This document shows, piece by piece, positions 33,750-42,654 of a DNA stretch of 64,000 nucleotides; position 1 is the first letter of the stretch, and each line of letters begins with the position of its first letter. Where the stretch lies: positions 62,001-126,000 of the forward strand of contig CDROCS010004705.1 of NCBI GenBank assembly GCA_977020255.1, written 5' to 3'. This DNA is from Obrimoposthia wandeli. Taxonomy: Eukaryota. Below the pieces are notes generated by a model. That model saw only the letters and a list, made by a program, of their open reading frames with translations, was not told the DNA's origin and searched no databases. The position numbers and the translations under genes were made by a program.

Positions 33750-33986
33750 GCACTTTCCTTTTAAATAGAGTTGCTTGAGCCTGACAAACTTATCATAACT
33801 TTGATTAGTGTTAACAAGCGATCACTTAAATAGTAGTGAGATGTTGCTCTATAAATGCCTTCGTTAGCTTTCTATTTATCACAGAGTTTTTCGTCGGCGT
33901 GAATAAATAGTTAGGTAATTACATGATTTGTGCATCAACGTTTATTGAGACTAATGTTTCTATGCTATTTATTACACAAACATTAT

Positions 33987-34382
33987 TTAGCGACCTATTT
34001 GATCTCGAAGCCATTGTTTTGCACTAGTAATATCTTTAAATTCAGCGAATACATCGCCGGCAGCTTCATAGATCGAACTTAAGTGTTCTGTAATCAGTTG
34101 CGGTGTACTACACTCGCTTAGCACTAAGGCGGTAGCTTTTCTGCCATTTTCTATATCTTTTTTTACTATTTCAACCAACCTTTGCTTTGCATCAGGTACC
34201 AAAATAGCATCACCTTTAAAGATCAATAATACACCCCAAGCGCTATCGTATAGAGGCTTCATCTCCTTGGGTATTTCAATGACGCTTTCGTCAATTGAAT
34301 TTAAATTCCAGGGCCCACGACCCTCGATAATGAGAAGGTTTCCTTCCACAGACAATACATTAACACCGTGCACTAGGCTCAT
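33987..34382 (-). CDS. Hypothetical protein, possibly STAS/SpoIIAA-like fold
   Basis: 131-aa ORF with AGAGG RBS; ends F......A..WL like STAS-type small proteins (fold is inference). Confidence 0.6.
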   Translation of the reverse strand: MSLVHGVNVLSVEGNLLIIEGRGPWNLNSIDESVIEIPKEMKPLYDSAWGVLLIFKGDAILVPDAKQRLVEIVKKDIENGRKATALVLSECSTPQLITEHLSSIYEAAGDVFAEFKDITSAKQWLRDQIGR

Positions 34383-34469
34383 TTTCTAATATTCCTCTGT
34401 GACTTAATATGTTGTTATTGAACCTTTAAATAATGCAATTTGAGTCAGCCAGTTCAATTACCACAAATA

Positions 34470-35057
34470 CTTATTTCTTCGTTAAGAGCAAACGTCAGCC
34501 ATTTCAGCCACTATTTGTAACATTACCCATATATTGCCTTTCTCATAGGTTTCAGCTGAACCTGACCCTCCTATAAAAGGGTAGGGCACTGGTATATATA
34601 TTTCATCATTATTTAACGGGCCTAAACGTTTAGCAATAGCTAAAACATGTTGAGGTCTCATAACATAATTTTGAAAGCCTTTATCTTGTAAAATACTTTG
34701 CTCGAAGCTATTTATGCTATCAAAAGAGCCGTAAGATTTTGAAGCACCTTTGAAAGGGTGAAATACTATATATTCTTTAGTCGTTAGGTTTCTGAAAAAT
34801 ACATGGCCTAAACTGGAATATCCAATGACTTCGTTGAAACCTTTGAGATGATTAGCCCAACACCCAGCTACATCAGAGGTGACTGGTTTGGTAATATGAT
34901 AGAGATTGGTATCATTTAACTCTTTTGAACCATTACTACTGCAAGAAATCATCAATAAGATACTGGCAGCGAAGAAATGTTTATGCATATGAATCGTCCT
35001 TTTAATATCACCGCCGATTTACTATAGCATGCGATTTCTGTAACGCCGGTAATAAGC
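34470..35057 (-). mobile_element. Possible solitary, eroded integron gene cassette
   Basis: On - strand: GCTTATT-ACCGGC-GTTA before the gene (35041-35057) and TAAC-GAAGA-AATAAG overlapping the stop codon (34470-34484); these are complementary attC-like halves. Confidence 0.4.
34482..34988 (-). CDS. Putative lipoprotein with Tdi1/DUF1851-like immunity domain
   Basis: Lipobox LLMISC; GYSSLGHVF and LGPL..DEIY.P.PYPFIGGSG resemble the T6SS_Tdi1_C/DUF1851 pattern. Confidence 0.6.
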   Translation of the reverse strand: MHKHFFAASILLMISCSSNGSKELNDTNLYHITKPVTSDVAGCWANHLKGFNEVIGYSSLGHVFFRNLTTKEYIVFHPFKGASKSYGSFDSINSFEQSILQDKGFQNYVMRPQHVLAIAKRLGPLNNDEIYIPVPYPFIGGSGSAETYEKGNIWVMLQIVAEMADVCS

Positions 35058-35274
35058 TCGCTTTGGCTGCATTTGTATACGCATAATATGCGCTTAAATT
35101 AATGAGGTAAAAGTTACCTTTTATTAACTTGCAGCTATTAGACGTTAGCTACTGGTAAATGGCAATAGTTTGATCGAGAGATTAGCTCTAGCATGTTCGA
35201 TGTGAAAGAGAATAACCTTGGGCAAGAGGAGGGTTTCTTAACGACGTTTAAAAAGACCTGAAAATCTATAAAAG

Positions 35275-35315
35275 ATACTCACAACAGAGACAAAAACTGA
35301 CTCTGTTGTGAGTAT
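35275..35315 (-). terminator. Hairpin downstream of catalase
   Basis: ATACTCACAACAGAG-N11-CTCTGTTGTGAGTAT, perfect 15-bp stem. Confidence 0.7.
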
Positions 35316-35342
35316 TATCGAGGAAAAATTTAAGAGCGCTGT

Positions 35343-36788
35343 TTAAACCTCAGCTAAATCGATGTTTAATGCGTGTGCTATTCCTGCGCCATACGCTGGG
35401 TCTGCTGCTAGGCAGTGTGCTATGTGGCGTTTTTGGATTTCAACACTGGCACCACCCACTGAAGCGGCTGTGTTATTGAACAAAGCAGTGCGCTGCGCTT
35501 GATCCATCAGTCTGAATAGATCTCCTGCTTGCGAGAAGTAATCTTCATCTACTCTGTGATCCCAATGGCCCGTTTCACCTTGCAAGGGTAATGCTGGCTC
35601 AGCATATTCTGGCTGCTCTTGCCATTCACCTTGGCTGTTTGGCTGATAAGCGACCGTGCCACCAAAGTTATCGTCAGTGCGCATAGCGCCATCTCTATGA
35701 TAGCTATGCACAGGGCAGCGCGGTGCATTGACCGGAATGTGCTGGTGGTTAACGCCCAATCTATAACGTTGTGCATCACCGTAAGCAAAAAGTCGCCCTT
35801 GTAGCATTTTATCGGGTGAAAAACTGATGCCGGGTACCACATTAGCTGGGTTAAAGGCTGCTTGTTCTACTTCAGCGTAAAAGTTTTCAGGGTTGCGGTT
35901 TAGCTCAAGTACACCTACTTCAATCAATGGGTACTCTTTTTGTGACCACACTTTAGTCAAATCAAACGGGTTAAAAGGCGATTGATCTGCCTGTGCTTGG
36001 CTCATTACCTGAATCTTCAAAGTCCAAGAAGGGTTGTCACCACATTCAATAGCATCGTATAAATCAGCTTGATGACTTTCGCGATCTTGCCCTATTACCA
36101 CAGCAGCTTCGGCATCAGTTAAATTGACAATACCTTGATTCGATTTGAAGTGAAACTTGACCCAGACACGTTCATTTTTATCATTAATCAAACTAAAAGT
36201 ATGGCTGCCAAAACCGTGCATTTGACGATAGCTAGCAGGAATACCGCGATCACTCATAACGATAGTGATTTGGTGTAGTGCCTCAGGAAGAGAGGTCCAG
36301 AAATCCCAATTATTTTGAGCGCTACGTCTGTTGGTACGCGGATCGCGTTTAACTGCATGGTTTAAATCAGGGAACTTTAGAGGGTCACGCAGGAAAAAGA
36401 CGGGCGTGTTATTACCTACTAAATCCCAGTTACCTTGTTGAGTATAAAACTTAAGGGCAAAGCCACGAATATCACGCTCAGCATCAGCGGCGCCACGCTC
36501 ACCTGCAACGGTGGTAAAACGTGCAAAAACCTCAGTTTTTTTACCTATTTTGGAGAATAGATCAGCCATAGAATACTGGCTAATATCTTGTGTCACTGTA
36601 AAGGTACCGTAAGCCCCAGAGCCTTTGGCATGCATGCGTCGCTCTGGAATTACTTCTCGGTTGAAGTGTGCTAACTTTTCTAAAAACCACACATCTTGAA
36701 GTAACTGTGGACCTTGTGGGCCTGCTGTCATCACGTTTTGGTTATCAACGACAGGGCAACCTGCGGCAGTTGTTAGTTTCTTTGTCAT
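35343..36788 (-). CDS. katA: Monofunctional heme catalase (small subunit)
   Basis: [15 protein letters not shown] distal His motif, [24 protein letters not shown] proximal Tyr motif. Confidence 0.95.
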   Translation of the reverse strand: MTKKLTTAAGCPVVDNQNVMTAGPQGPQLLQDVWFLEKLAHFNREVIPERRMHAKGSGAYGTFTVTQDISQYSMADLFSKIGKKTEVFARFTTVAGERGAADAERDIRGFALKFYTQQGNWDLVGNNTPVFFLRDPLKFPDLNHAVKRDPRTNRRSAQNNWDFWTSLPEALHQITIVMSDRGIPASYRQMHGFGSHTFSLINDKNERVWVKFHFKSNQGIVNLTDAEAAVVIGQDRESHQADLYDAIECGDNPSWTLKIQVMSQAQADQSPFNPFDLTKVWSQKEYPLIEVGVLELNRNPENFYAEVEQAAFNPANVVPGISFSPDKMLQGRLFAYGDAQRYRLGVNHQHIPVNAPRCPVHSYHRDGAMRTDDNFGGTVAYQPNSQGEWQEQPEYAEPALPLQGETGHWDHRVDEDYFSQAGDLFRLMDQAQRTALFNNTAASVGGASVEIQKRHIAHCLAADPAYGAGIAHALNIDLAEV

Positions 36789-36838
36789 TTTTTTATCCTC
36801 TCTTTTAATAATATAAGCAGCTTAGCAAAACCATAATG

Positions 36839-36884
36839 ATAGTTTTATTCAATTGATATTATCGAGGCTATAGTTTTTGGCTAT
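36839..36884. promoter_or_regulatory. Putative OxyR-type binding site upstream of catalase
   Basis: ATAG-N7-CAAT (36839-36853) and ATAG-N7-CTAT (36870-36884). Confidence 0.45.
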
Positions 36885-37222
36885 TTATCTGTTTGGGTGT
36901 TAATAAACTAAGCTGGTGAGGAATATTACTTAAGCATTTGAAAGGAAATATATATGGAGTAGTGGATTTATAGGTTATATAAAAAACGATACAGTACGAT
37001 AGAATTATTCTTTTATCATCTAAATGGCGTACCTTAGAAGAAGCACTTAGTATCGCTTTATTTTTGCTGCAGATGTGTAAGTGAATGGCATGTAAGGTGT
37101 TAGCAAAAATGGGGGCTGATACATTGAGCTACGCTATCAGCAACAGAGGCGTAGCGTGCAGCGTCTCGTATTGTTTTGAACTTTAAAGGGAAGGTCGGCA
37201 TCATTACCTGCAATACAGTTTT

Positions 37223-37720
37223 TTACTGCTCTATTTTTCGTAAACATTGCTGATACTGCACTGTGTCAACCTCTACAGGAGTGCAGGCAACACCATTTGT
37301 GATATGCCATTTAACAGTATATTTTTTCCCATCTAAATATTCTTCTTCGATTGTTAATGTATTATCAGTGCTGCCAATAATTTGATACTTCCAAAATTCT
37401 GAGGTGAAATTAAGTTGGTATCTAATCACTCTCACGCTATTTTCTGTGTACTCTAGTGCGAAATTTGCACAATATCCCTTTACGAAACAACGTTTTATTT
37501 TATCTGTCGTATTTTCATAATCGAACGAGGCTTTGGTTGAATTTTCATCAAATTCCCATCGGCCAAGCAACGGGTTTTCGTCGGCAATGAGTGCATTAGA
37601 CGACAGAAGAATCATCAATGTTAGCTGTAATTTTATTAGGCCGATAAACCCTTTAGCACAGGAATGCACGAAGCCGTTTTGGCTAGATTTTTTATCATGG
37701 ATAAAAAACATGTATTTCAT
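37223..37720 (-). CDS. Hypothetical exported protein
   Basis: 165-aa ORF with GAGG RBS, hydrophobic segment followed by LLGRWEFD (lipocalin-like GxW), several Cys. Confidence 0.55.
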   Translation of the reverse strand: MKYMFFIHDKKSSQNGFVHSCAKGFIGLIKLQLTLMILLSSNALIADENPLLGRWEFDENSTKASFDYENTTDKIKRCFVKGYCANFALEYTENSVRVIRYQLNFTSEFWKYQIIGSTDNTLTIEEEYLDGKKYTVKWHITNGVACTPVEVDTVQYQQCLRKIEQ

Positions 37721-37967
37721 TTTATGACCTCTATATGGTTAACGATTAGCTGCAATTTATTTTCTTGAAATTTTTATTAGATGTGAATTCAGCCATCGGA
37801 GATATTAATTTTTTGCATATACCTATATTAACACCCTCGTAATTGATGTGGGTTATTTCTATACATGAGGCTTCAGAGCTTGCTTTATTCATTGTTGTTT
37901 TTCGTAAAGGGCGCCAACCTTTATCTAAATGTAGACAAGTAAAAGCCCAAGCTGGATGAGTGCTATA

Positions 37968-38030
37968 AAATAACGGTGTCAGGTCTTTCTTCTTGGCCTG
38001 CAGTCCAAAGAAAAGACCTTGCCCAGCATT
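37968..38030 (+). repeat. 63-bp hairpin direct repeat, family B, copy 1
   Basis: AAATAACGGTGTCAGGTCTTTCTTCTTGGCCTGCAGTCCAAAGAAAAGACCTTGCCCAGCATT. Confidence 0.9.
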
Positions 38031-38255
38031 CTAGTTTGAGGTTGTTTTGGCGTAATTTAAAAAGTGCTGCTCTGTGTTACCTGTCCTGTCGTAAAAAAGA
38101 GAAGAGTTACTTCAAAAAACCAAACTTTGGCTAGAAGCCTACGTTAAGTCTGATAGACTAAGGACACATATATTCCCTAAGCATTGATAAGAACTTATTA
38201 TTTAATAATATGATTCGATACTAATTTAACTAAATTGAAGTAAGACAACATAACT

Positions 38256-38576
38256 ATGAAAGCATATAGCAGCATTGAAGAGCGGATCCAAATTTTAGAA
38301 GATCAAGTTTTGATACTAAAAGAAGAAATTGAGGTACTAAAAACACCTCCAACCAGTAACAATGAAAGAATTGTTTTAAAGTATATTGAAACAGGCAGCA
38401 CGGGTAAAACAAAAGATTTTGCGCGCGAATTAGGTATTAAGTCAGTGCGTGGATTGTTCTCATCTGGTGATGTGAGCAGATTACTTAAAGAGGGCGCTGA
38501 CGACATATCACCCGCATTATTAGCCATCGCTAATAAATTAGCTAGTGGTCACAATAAAAATGGACCTAGTCGATAA
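38256..38576 (+). CDS. Hypothetical 106-aa protein (N-terminal coiled coil, possible HTH)
   Basis: Clean ORF; IEERIQILEDQVLILKEEIEVL heptads followed by YIETGS..KTKDFARELG. Confidence 0.6.
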   Translation: MKAYSSIEERIQILEDQVLILKEEIEVLKTPPTSNNERIVLKYIETGSTGKTKDFARELGIKSVRGLFSSGDVSRLLKEGADDISPALLAIANKLASGHNKNGPSR

Positions 38577-38647
38577 GTTGACAGTCGTGGGGGTTGAGAG
38601 TCAGGCTTTTTCTTTTGCTCAATATTTACAACCATCATACAAAAGCA

Positions 38648-38710
38648 AAATAACGGAGTCAGGTCTTTCTTCTTGGCCTGCAGTCAAAAGAAAAGACCTG
38701 AGCCTGTATT
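38648..38710 (+). repeat. 63-bp hairpin direct repeat, family B, copy 2
   Basis: AAATAACGGAGTCAGGTCTTTCTTCTTGGCCTGCAGTCAAAAGAAAAGACCTGAGCCTGTATT. Confidence 0.9.
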
Positions 38711-39022
38711 CCGCTTGCTAACTCCTCCTTAAGTATAGCAGGCGTTAAAGACTCGTTATTTTTTAAAACACTTAACTAACATTGTAATGATAGGTTCATA
38801 ATTAATCGCTAGTAACCCATGCAATATCGCTCTATGATTGTTTAAAATCTGAGCACTCTCTTCAAACTAAACCTGTGACATGCGCCTTCATATTTCATTA
38901 AGCTGTTATAAATATCACTATAAAGATGCGTCTTGCAGTGTTTTTATCACCCCAATAAGTGGTAACCGTCTCCACCAAATACACATTAGTGTGTTATTGA
39001 ATTATTAAGGGAATAATTATTT

Positions 39023-40324
39023 ATGTATCGTTCAAATTCGACATCTGGAACCATACTGTCAACAGCTTTCATACTAATGTCTTTAAGCTATAGCAGTAGC
39101 GTGTTTTCTGCAGACCTATTTGATGATCTATTAGAAAGCGCCATTGATAATATTTCTAAAGAAGTTCAAGCTACTAAAACCACCGTTAACAAAGCACCTA
39201 CCAAATCAAACGTCAGTCAGGCTAAACGAAAGCGTCCGAATGAAGAGCATCACGATGGGGTAAGCTATAAAGACTGGTCAACCAGTATTGCTACTTTTAA
39301 AATGCAAGGCAAATGGACAACTATCTGTTCTTTGAGTACAGGTGCTTTGGGAAACAAAGGTATCAATATTGAAATACCTTGGGGGAGTATCGGCCCAACG
39401 ACAATGCCAGAGGTCGTTTACTTTGAAACGGTACAAGCCAATCAAAGCACTACCTTTAAGCATAAACAAGAAGTTGAATGGCGTATATCCTCCAAAAGAG
39501 ATAATTATAGTTTCCAAACTCATGCATTCGCTGGTATCGACAGCTCCGGCAACCGCTACGCAGACAGTAAGATACTGAATAACTTAGATGCAAAGAAATC
39601 CTTACAGCTACTGCGAGCATTTGCCAAAGGAAATACGCTAGCGCTATCTGATAGATATTCAGGCGTCGAATTACATACTGCATCTTTAAGTGGTTTTTCA
39701 GCCGCTTACCTTAAAGCAGCTGATTGGTGCGCTTTTTCCGCCGATAGTGTGCTTAAAGTAGCCCCTTCATCGACTTATGTTCAAGTTGTTGAAAATGACC
39801 CTATTCCTACACCACAATTAGACAAAGATCTCCTTGAGACATATCAAGGCTGGGAAGCTTCAGTACAGGCCTATTCCTCGGATGATGGTGACCTCGTCAC
39901 CAATTGTTCCATTCGAACAGGAGGCAATGGCTCTGATGCGATCCAAATATACGCATCAAAAAGAGATGTACTCCCCCCTGATGCTCCGTTAACAGTAGTC
40001 TTTCAAGAAGCCACTGCGCGTGGTTTGACAACGCGGCTCAAAGAAAATGATCGCATCAGCTGGATTATTGATAGCCGTGACAATCGAGACACCTATAAAA
40101 GTGACGACACGCGTACCGGTCATAATGACGGCATTGCTTTCGCTGAGAATTCAATCCAAGGTAATAATGCTTTTCTCTACTCGTTAGCCCATGGCGATGA
40201 AATTAATTTACGCTACGCCAACGGCTCACAAAATTTATATAGTTCATCACTGAAAGGGTTTAGAGATGCCTATCGTAGAATGTCGCAATGGTGTGGGTTT
40301 TCAGCGAATAGTGCCTTAGATTAA
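39023..40324 (+). CDS. Exported protein with two tandem IalB-like domains (hypothetical)
   Basis: Signal peptide; internal duplication YKDWS...C...SLSGFSAAYLKAADWCAFS / YQGWE...C...SLKGFRDAYRRMSQWCGFS. Confidence 0.65.
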   Translation: MYRSNSTSGTILSTAFILMSLSYSSSVFSADLFDDLLESAIDNISKEVQATKTTVNKAPTKSNVSQAKRKRPNEEHHDGVSYKDWSTSIATFKMQGKWTTICSLSTGALGNKGINIEIPWGSIGPTTMPEVVYFETVQANQSTTFKHKQEVEWRISSKRDNYSFQTHAFAGIDSSGNRYADSKILNNLDAKKSLQLLRAFAKGNTLALSDRYSGVELHTASLSGFSAAYLKAADWCAFSADSVLKVAPSSTYVQVVENDPIPTPQLDKDLLETYQGWEASVQAYSSDDGDLVTNCSIRTGGNGSDAIQIYASKRDVLPPDAPLTVVFQEATARGLTTRLKENDRISWIIDSRDNRDTYKSDDTRTGHNDGIAFAENSIQGNNAFLYSLAHGDEINLRYANGSQNLYSSSLKGFRDAYRRMSQWCGFSANSALD

Positions 40325-40580
40325 TATTAATGATGCTCTTTTTGGTGCCTCTGGGGGCTTATATTCCCCTGATATATTTTTATTTATCTGGTCATAACAC
40401 TACAGTAGCTCTTCAGCATCTTTTATCGCCAAATTAAATATTCTAATGGCTGTGGACATATGACTAACTGACTCCTTTCCGTTTAAGCAATTTTTTATGT
40501 GTTTAAAATATATTTAGGTAGATGAGTGTCTTGCAACGACCCCGACTCCAATAGCCCACAAAATTTCTACTATCGAACTG

Positions 40581-40642
40581 AAATAACGGGGTCAGGTATT
40601 TCTTCTTGCCTACAGTCAAAAGAAAAGATCTGACCTCGTATT
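40581..40642 (+). repeat. 62-bp hairpin direct repeat, family B, copy 3
   Basis: AAATAACGGGGTCAGGTATTTCTTCTTGCCTACAGTCAAAAGAAAAGATCTGACCTCGTATT. Confidence 0.88.
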
Positions 40643-40862
40643 CTAACTTGCTAGATTTTTAGTTAAAAAAGTAGAAATGAAAAACAAACTCACTCTAGTT
40701 AGCTGTTTGCAACGGAGTCAAAAGGATGATGTTCTTTGGGTAATGTATTCCTTTGAGGTTAATCATTTGAATAACCTCGGTAAAATTCCGGCGATTATGG
40801 ATTAATCAACGGAACTTTGCGGCCCAATCACCCGTTTTCGTACCGTTGGACTTCAACCACCG

Positions 40863-41333
40863 TTATCGAATTTTCTGATCCAGCGTAGCTTTTACTGGAT
40901 CCATTACGATAATCGTTCGAAACCATTTAACATTTTTATTATTGTAAAACAGGTCCTGACTCATCTCTTCATATTCAGCCATACTCGAGACACTCAATAT
41001 TAAAATAAAATCAGCTTCTCCCGTCACGTAATAGCATTGTTGGATAGCAGGCCCAGAGAAACATGCTTTAAGTTTTGCTATGTCAGCTGCGCCTGCACGC
41101 TCCATATGCACCTCAACCACAATGGTTATTAATCTACCAATTTTTACGGGATCAATGACAGCAGTATTTGCTTTGATAACCCCTTCTTCTTCCATTTTTT
41201 TAATTCTACGTTGCACGGAAGCTGTTGATAGGCAAACTCTTTCAGCTAGTACCCGCAACGGAGTTTTATTCTCTTCTTGTAAGATGATGAGTATTTCTTT
41301 ATCGAAATTATCTAACAGGCTTGGCATATTCAT
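40863..41333 (-). CDS. Lrp/AsnC family transcriptional regulator
   Basis: LDNFDKEIL..LQ...LAERVCLS..SVQRRIKKMEEEGVI; YVTGEADFIL; divergent from the catabolic operon. Confidence 0.93.
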   Translation of the reverse strand: MNMPSLLDNFDKEILIILQEENKTPLRVLAERVCLSTASVQRRIKKMEEEGVIKANTAVIDPVKIGRLITIVVEVHMERAGAADIAKLKACFSGPAIQQCYYVTGEADFILILSVSSMAEYEEMSQDLFYNNKNVKWFRTIIVMDPVKATLDQKIR

Positions 41334-41442
41334 TGATAAATTTTCTCACTAGGTGCAGTAATTTAGAGCACTGTTATCACTTTAAATGAGATATTATTTC
41401 AATCAATTAATAGCGATTTACACGTAAATAAGGAAAATAATA

Positions 41443-42603
41443 ATGCATTGGCAAAGCAAGCTGGCCCAGCCTCAAACGTTATCTGATCGAGAGTTCAAAT
41501 CTCTCGTTACACCTACGTATAGAGGTTCAACTGTATTATTTGAAAAGCAATCAAAGGTTGTTGATGGTTGGGAGCAGAATAAAATTGGTTATACCTATGG
41601 TTTATATGGCACGCCAACAACATTGGAATTATCTGAGCGTATCGCACAATTAGAAAATGCTCATCACACGTTTATTGTACCAGGTGGGCAAGCAGCCATC
41701 GCTCTTATTTATTTTGCAACATGCCCGAGCGGAAGCCATGCCTTAGTGCCTTATAGTGCTTATGGGCCGAATAAAGAAATGGCTCAAAACATGCTCAAGA
41801 ATCTAGGCATTGAAGTAGAAGCTTATGATCCTATGCTTGGTGCTGGCATCAGTGACCTTATTCGCCAAAATACAGCACTCATCTGGGTTGAGAGCCCTGG
41901 TTCAGTAACGATGGAAGTTCAAGATATTCCTGCTATCTGTAAAGCTGCACATGAGAAAGGTGTCGTTTTGGCTTTAGATAATACTTATGCTGCAGGCGTA
42001 CACTTTGATGCCTTTGGTCACAATGTCGATATCAGCATGCAAGCGCTAACCAAATATGTGGGTGGGCACAGTGACTTATTATTAGGGACTGTTTCGGTTA
42101 ACTCTGAAGCGCTCAAAAACAAGGTTGGCTCCACGTTTAAACAATTGGGTTTAGCAGTTTCACCAGACGATTGTAGCTTGGCACTTAGAGGACTACAGAC
42201 TCTTGCCGTCCGACTTGCACACTTAGAAAAATCAACACTTGAGGTGGCAAACTGGCTTGCAAAGCATCCTTGTGTTGAGCAAGTCTTGCACCCAGCTCTT
42301 CCCTCTTGTCCGGGACACGAGTTCTGGAAGCGTGATTTTACGGGCTCTAGCAGTGTTTTCTCATTTACTTTCAAAGACACTTTTAAAGCCTCTGAAGTGG
42401 AAAAGTTCATTGACTCGCTTTCACTCTTTCGAATAGGAATGAGCTGGGGAGGCGTAACTAGCCTAGCACTGGTTTACCCCGAGATAGACAGGCCAAACAA
42501 AGACTACGAAGGGCGTTTAGTTAGGTTAAATATTGGTCTAGAAAATATCGATGATTTACTCAGCGATTTAGAACAAGCCTTTCAGGTTATTACGGATCAA
42601 TAA
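41443..42603 (+). CDS. PLP-dependent cystathionine beta-lyase (MetC)-like C-S/C-N lyase
   Basis: PTYRGSTVLF, YGLYGTPT, ESPGS, DNTY, QALTKYVGGHSD (PLP Lys), GMSWGG, RLNIGLE. Confidence 0.9.
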   Translation: MHWQSKLAQPQTLSDREFKSLVTPTYRGSTVLFEKQSKVVDGWEQNKIGYTYGLYGTPTTLELSERIAQLENAHHTFIVPGGQAAIALIYFATCPSGSHALVPYSAYGPNKEMAQNMLKNLGIEVEAYDPMLGAGISDLIRQNTALIWVESPGSVTMEVQDIPAICKAAHEKGVVLALDNTYAAGVHFDAFGHNVDISMQALTKYVGGHSDLLLGTVSVNSEALKNKVGSTFKQLGLAVSPDDCSLALRGLQTLAVRLAHLEKSTLEVANWLAKHPCVEQVLHPALPSCPGHEFWKRDFTGSSSVFSFTFKDTFKASEVEKFIDSLSLFRIGMSWGGVTSLALVYPEIDRPNKDYEGRLVRLNIGLENIDDLLSDLEQAFQVITDQ

Positions 42604-42654
42604 GTCAGCATTCATAGGCTGAATTAACATTTAGCAGTGTATTAAGGGGAATAT

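Noticed and set aside
37968-40642. Family B repeats as a CRISPR array
   Set aside because: Repeats are ~63 bp with 617 and 1870 bp gene-containing intervals, and there are no cas genes.
37968-40642. Family B repeats as canonical integron attC sites
   Set aside because: One end has GTT but the opposite end lacks the complementary AAC, and no intI is in the window. Kept only as REP-like or non-canonical sites.
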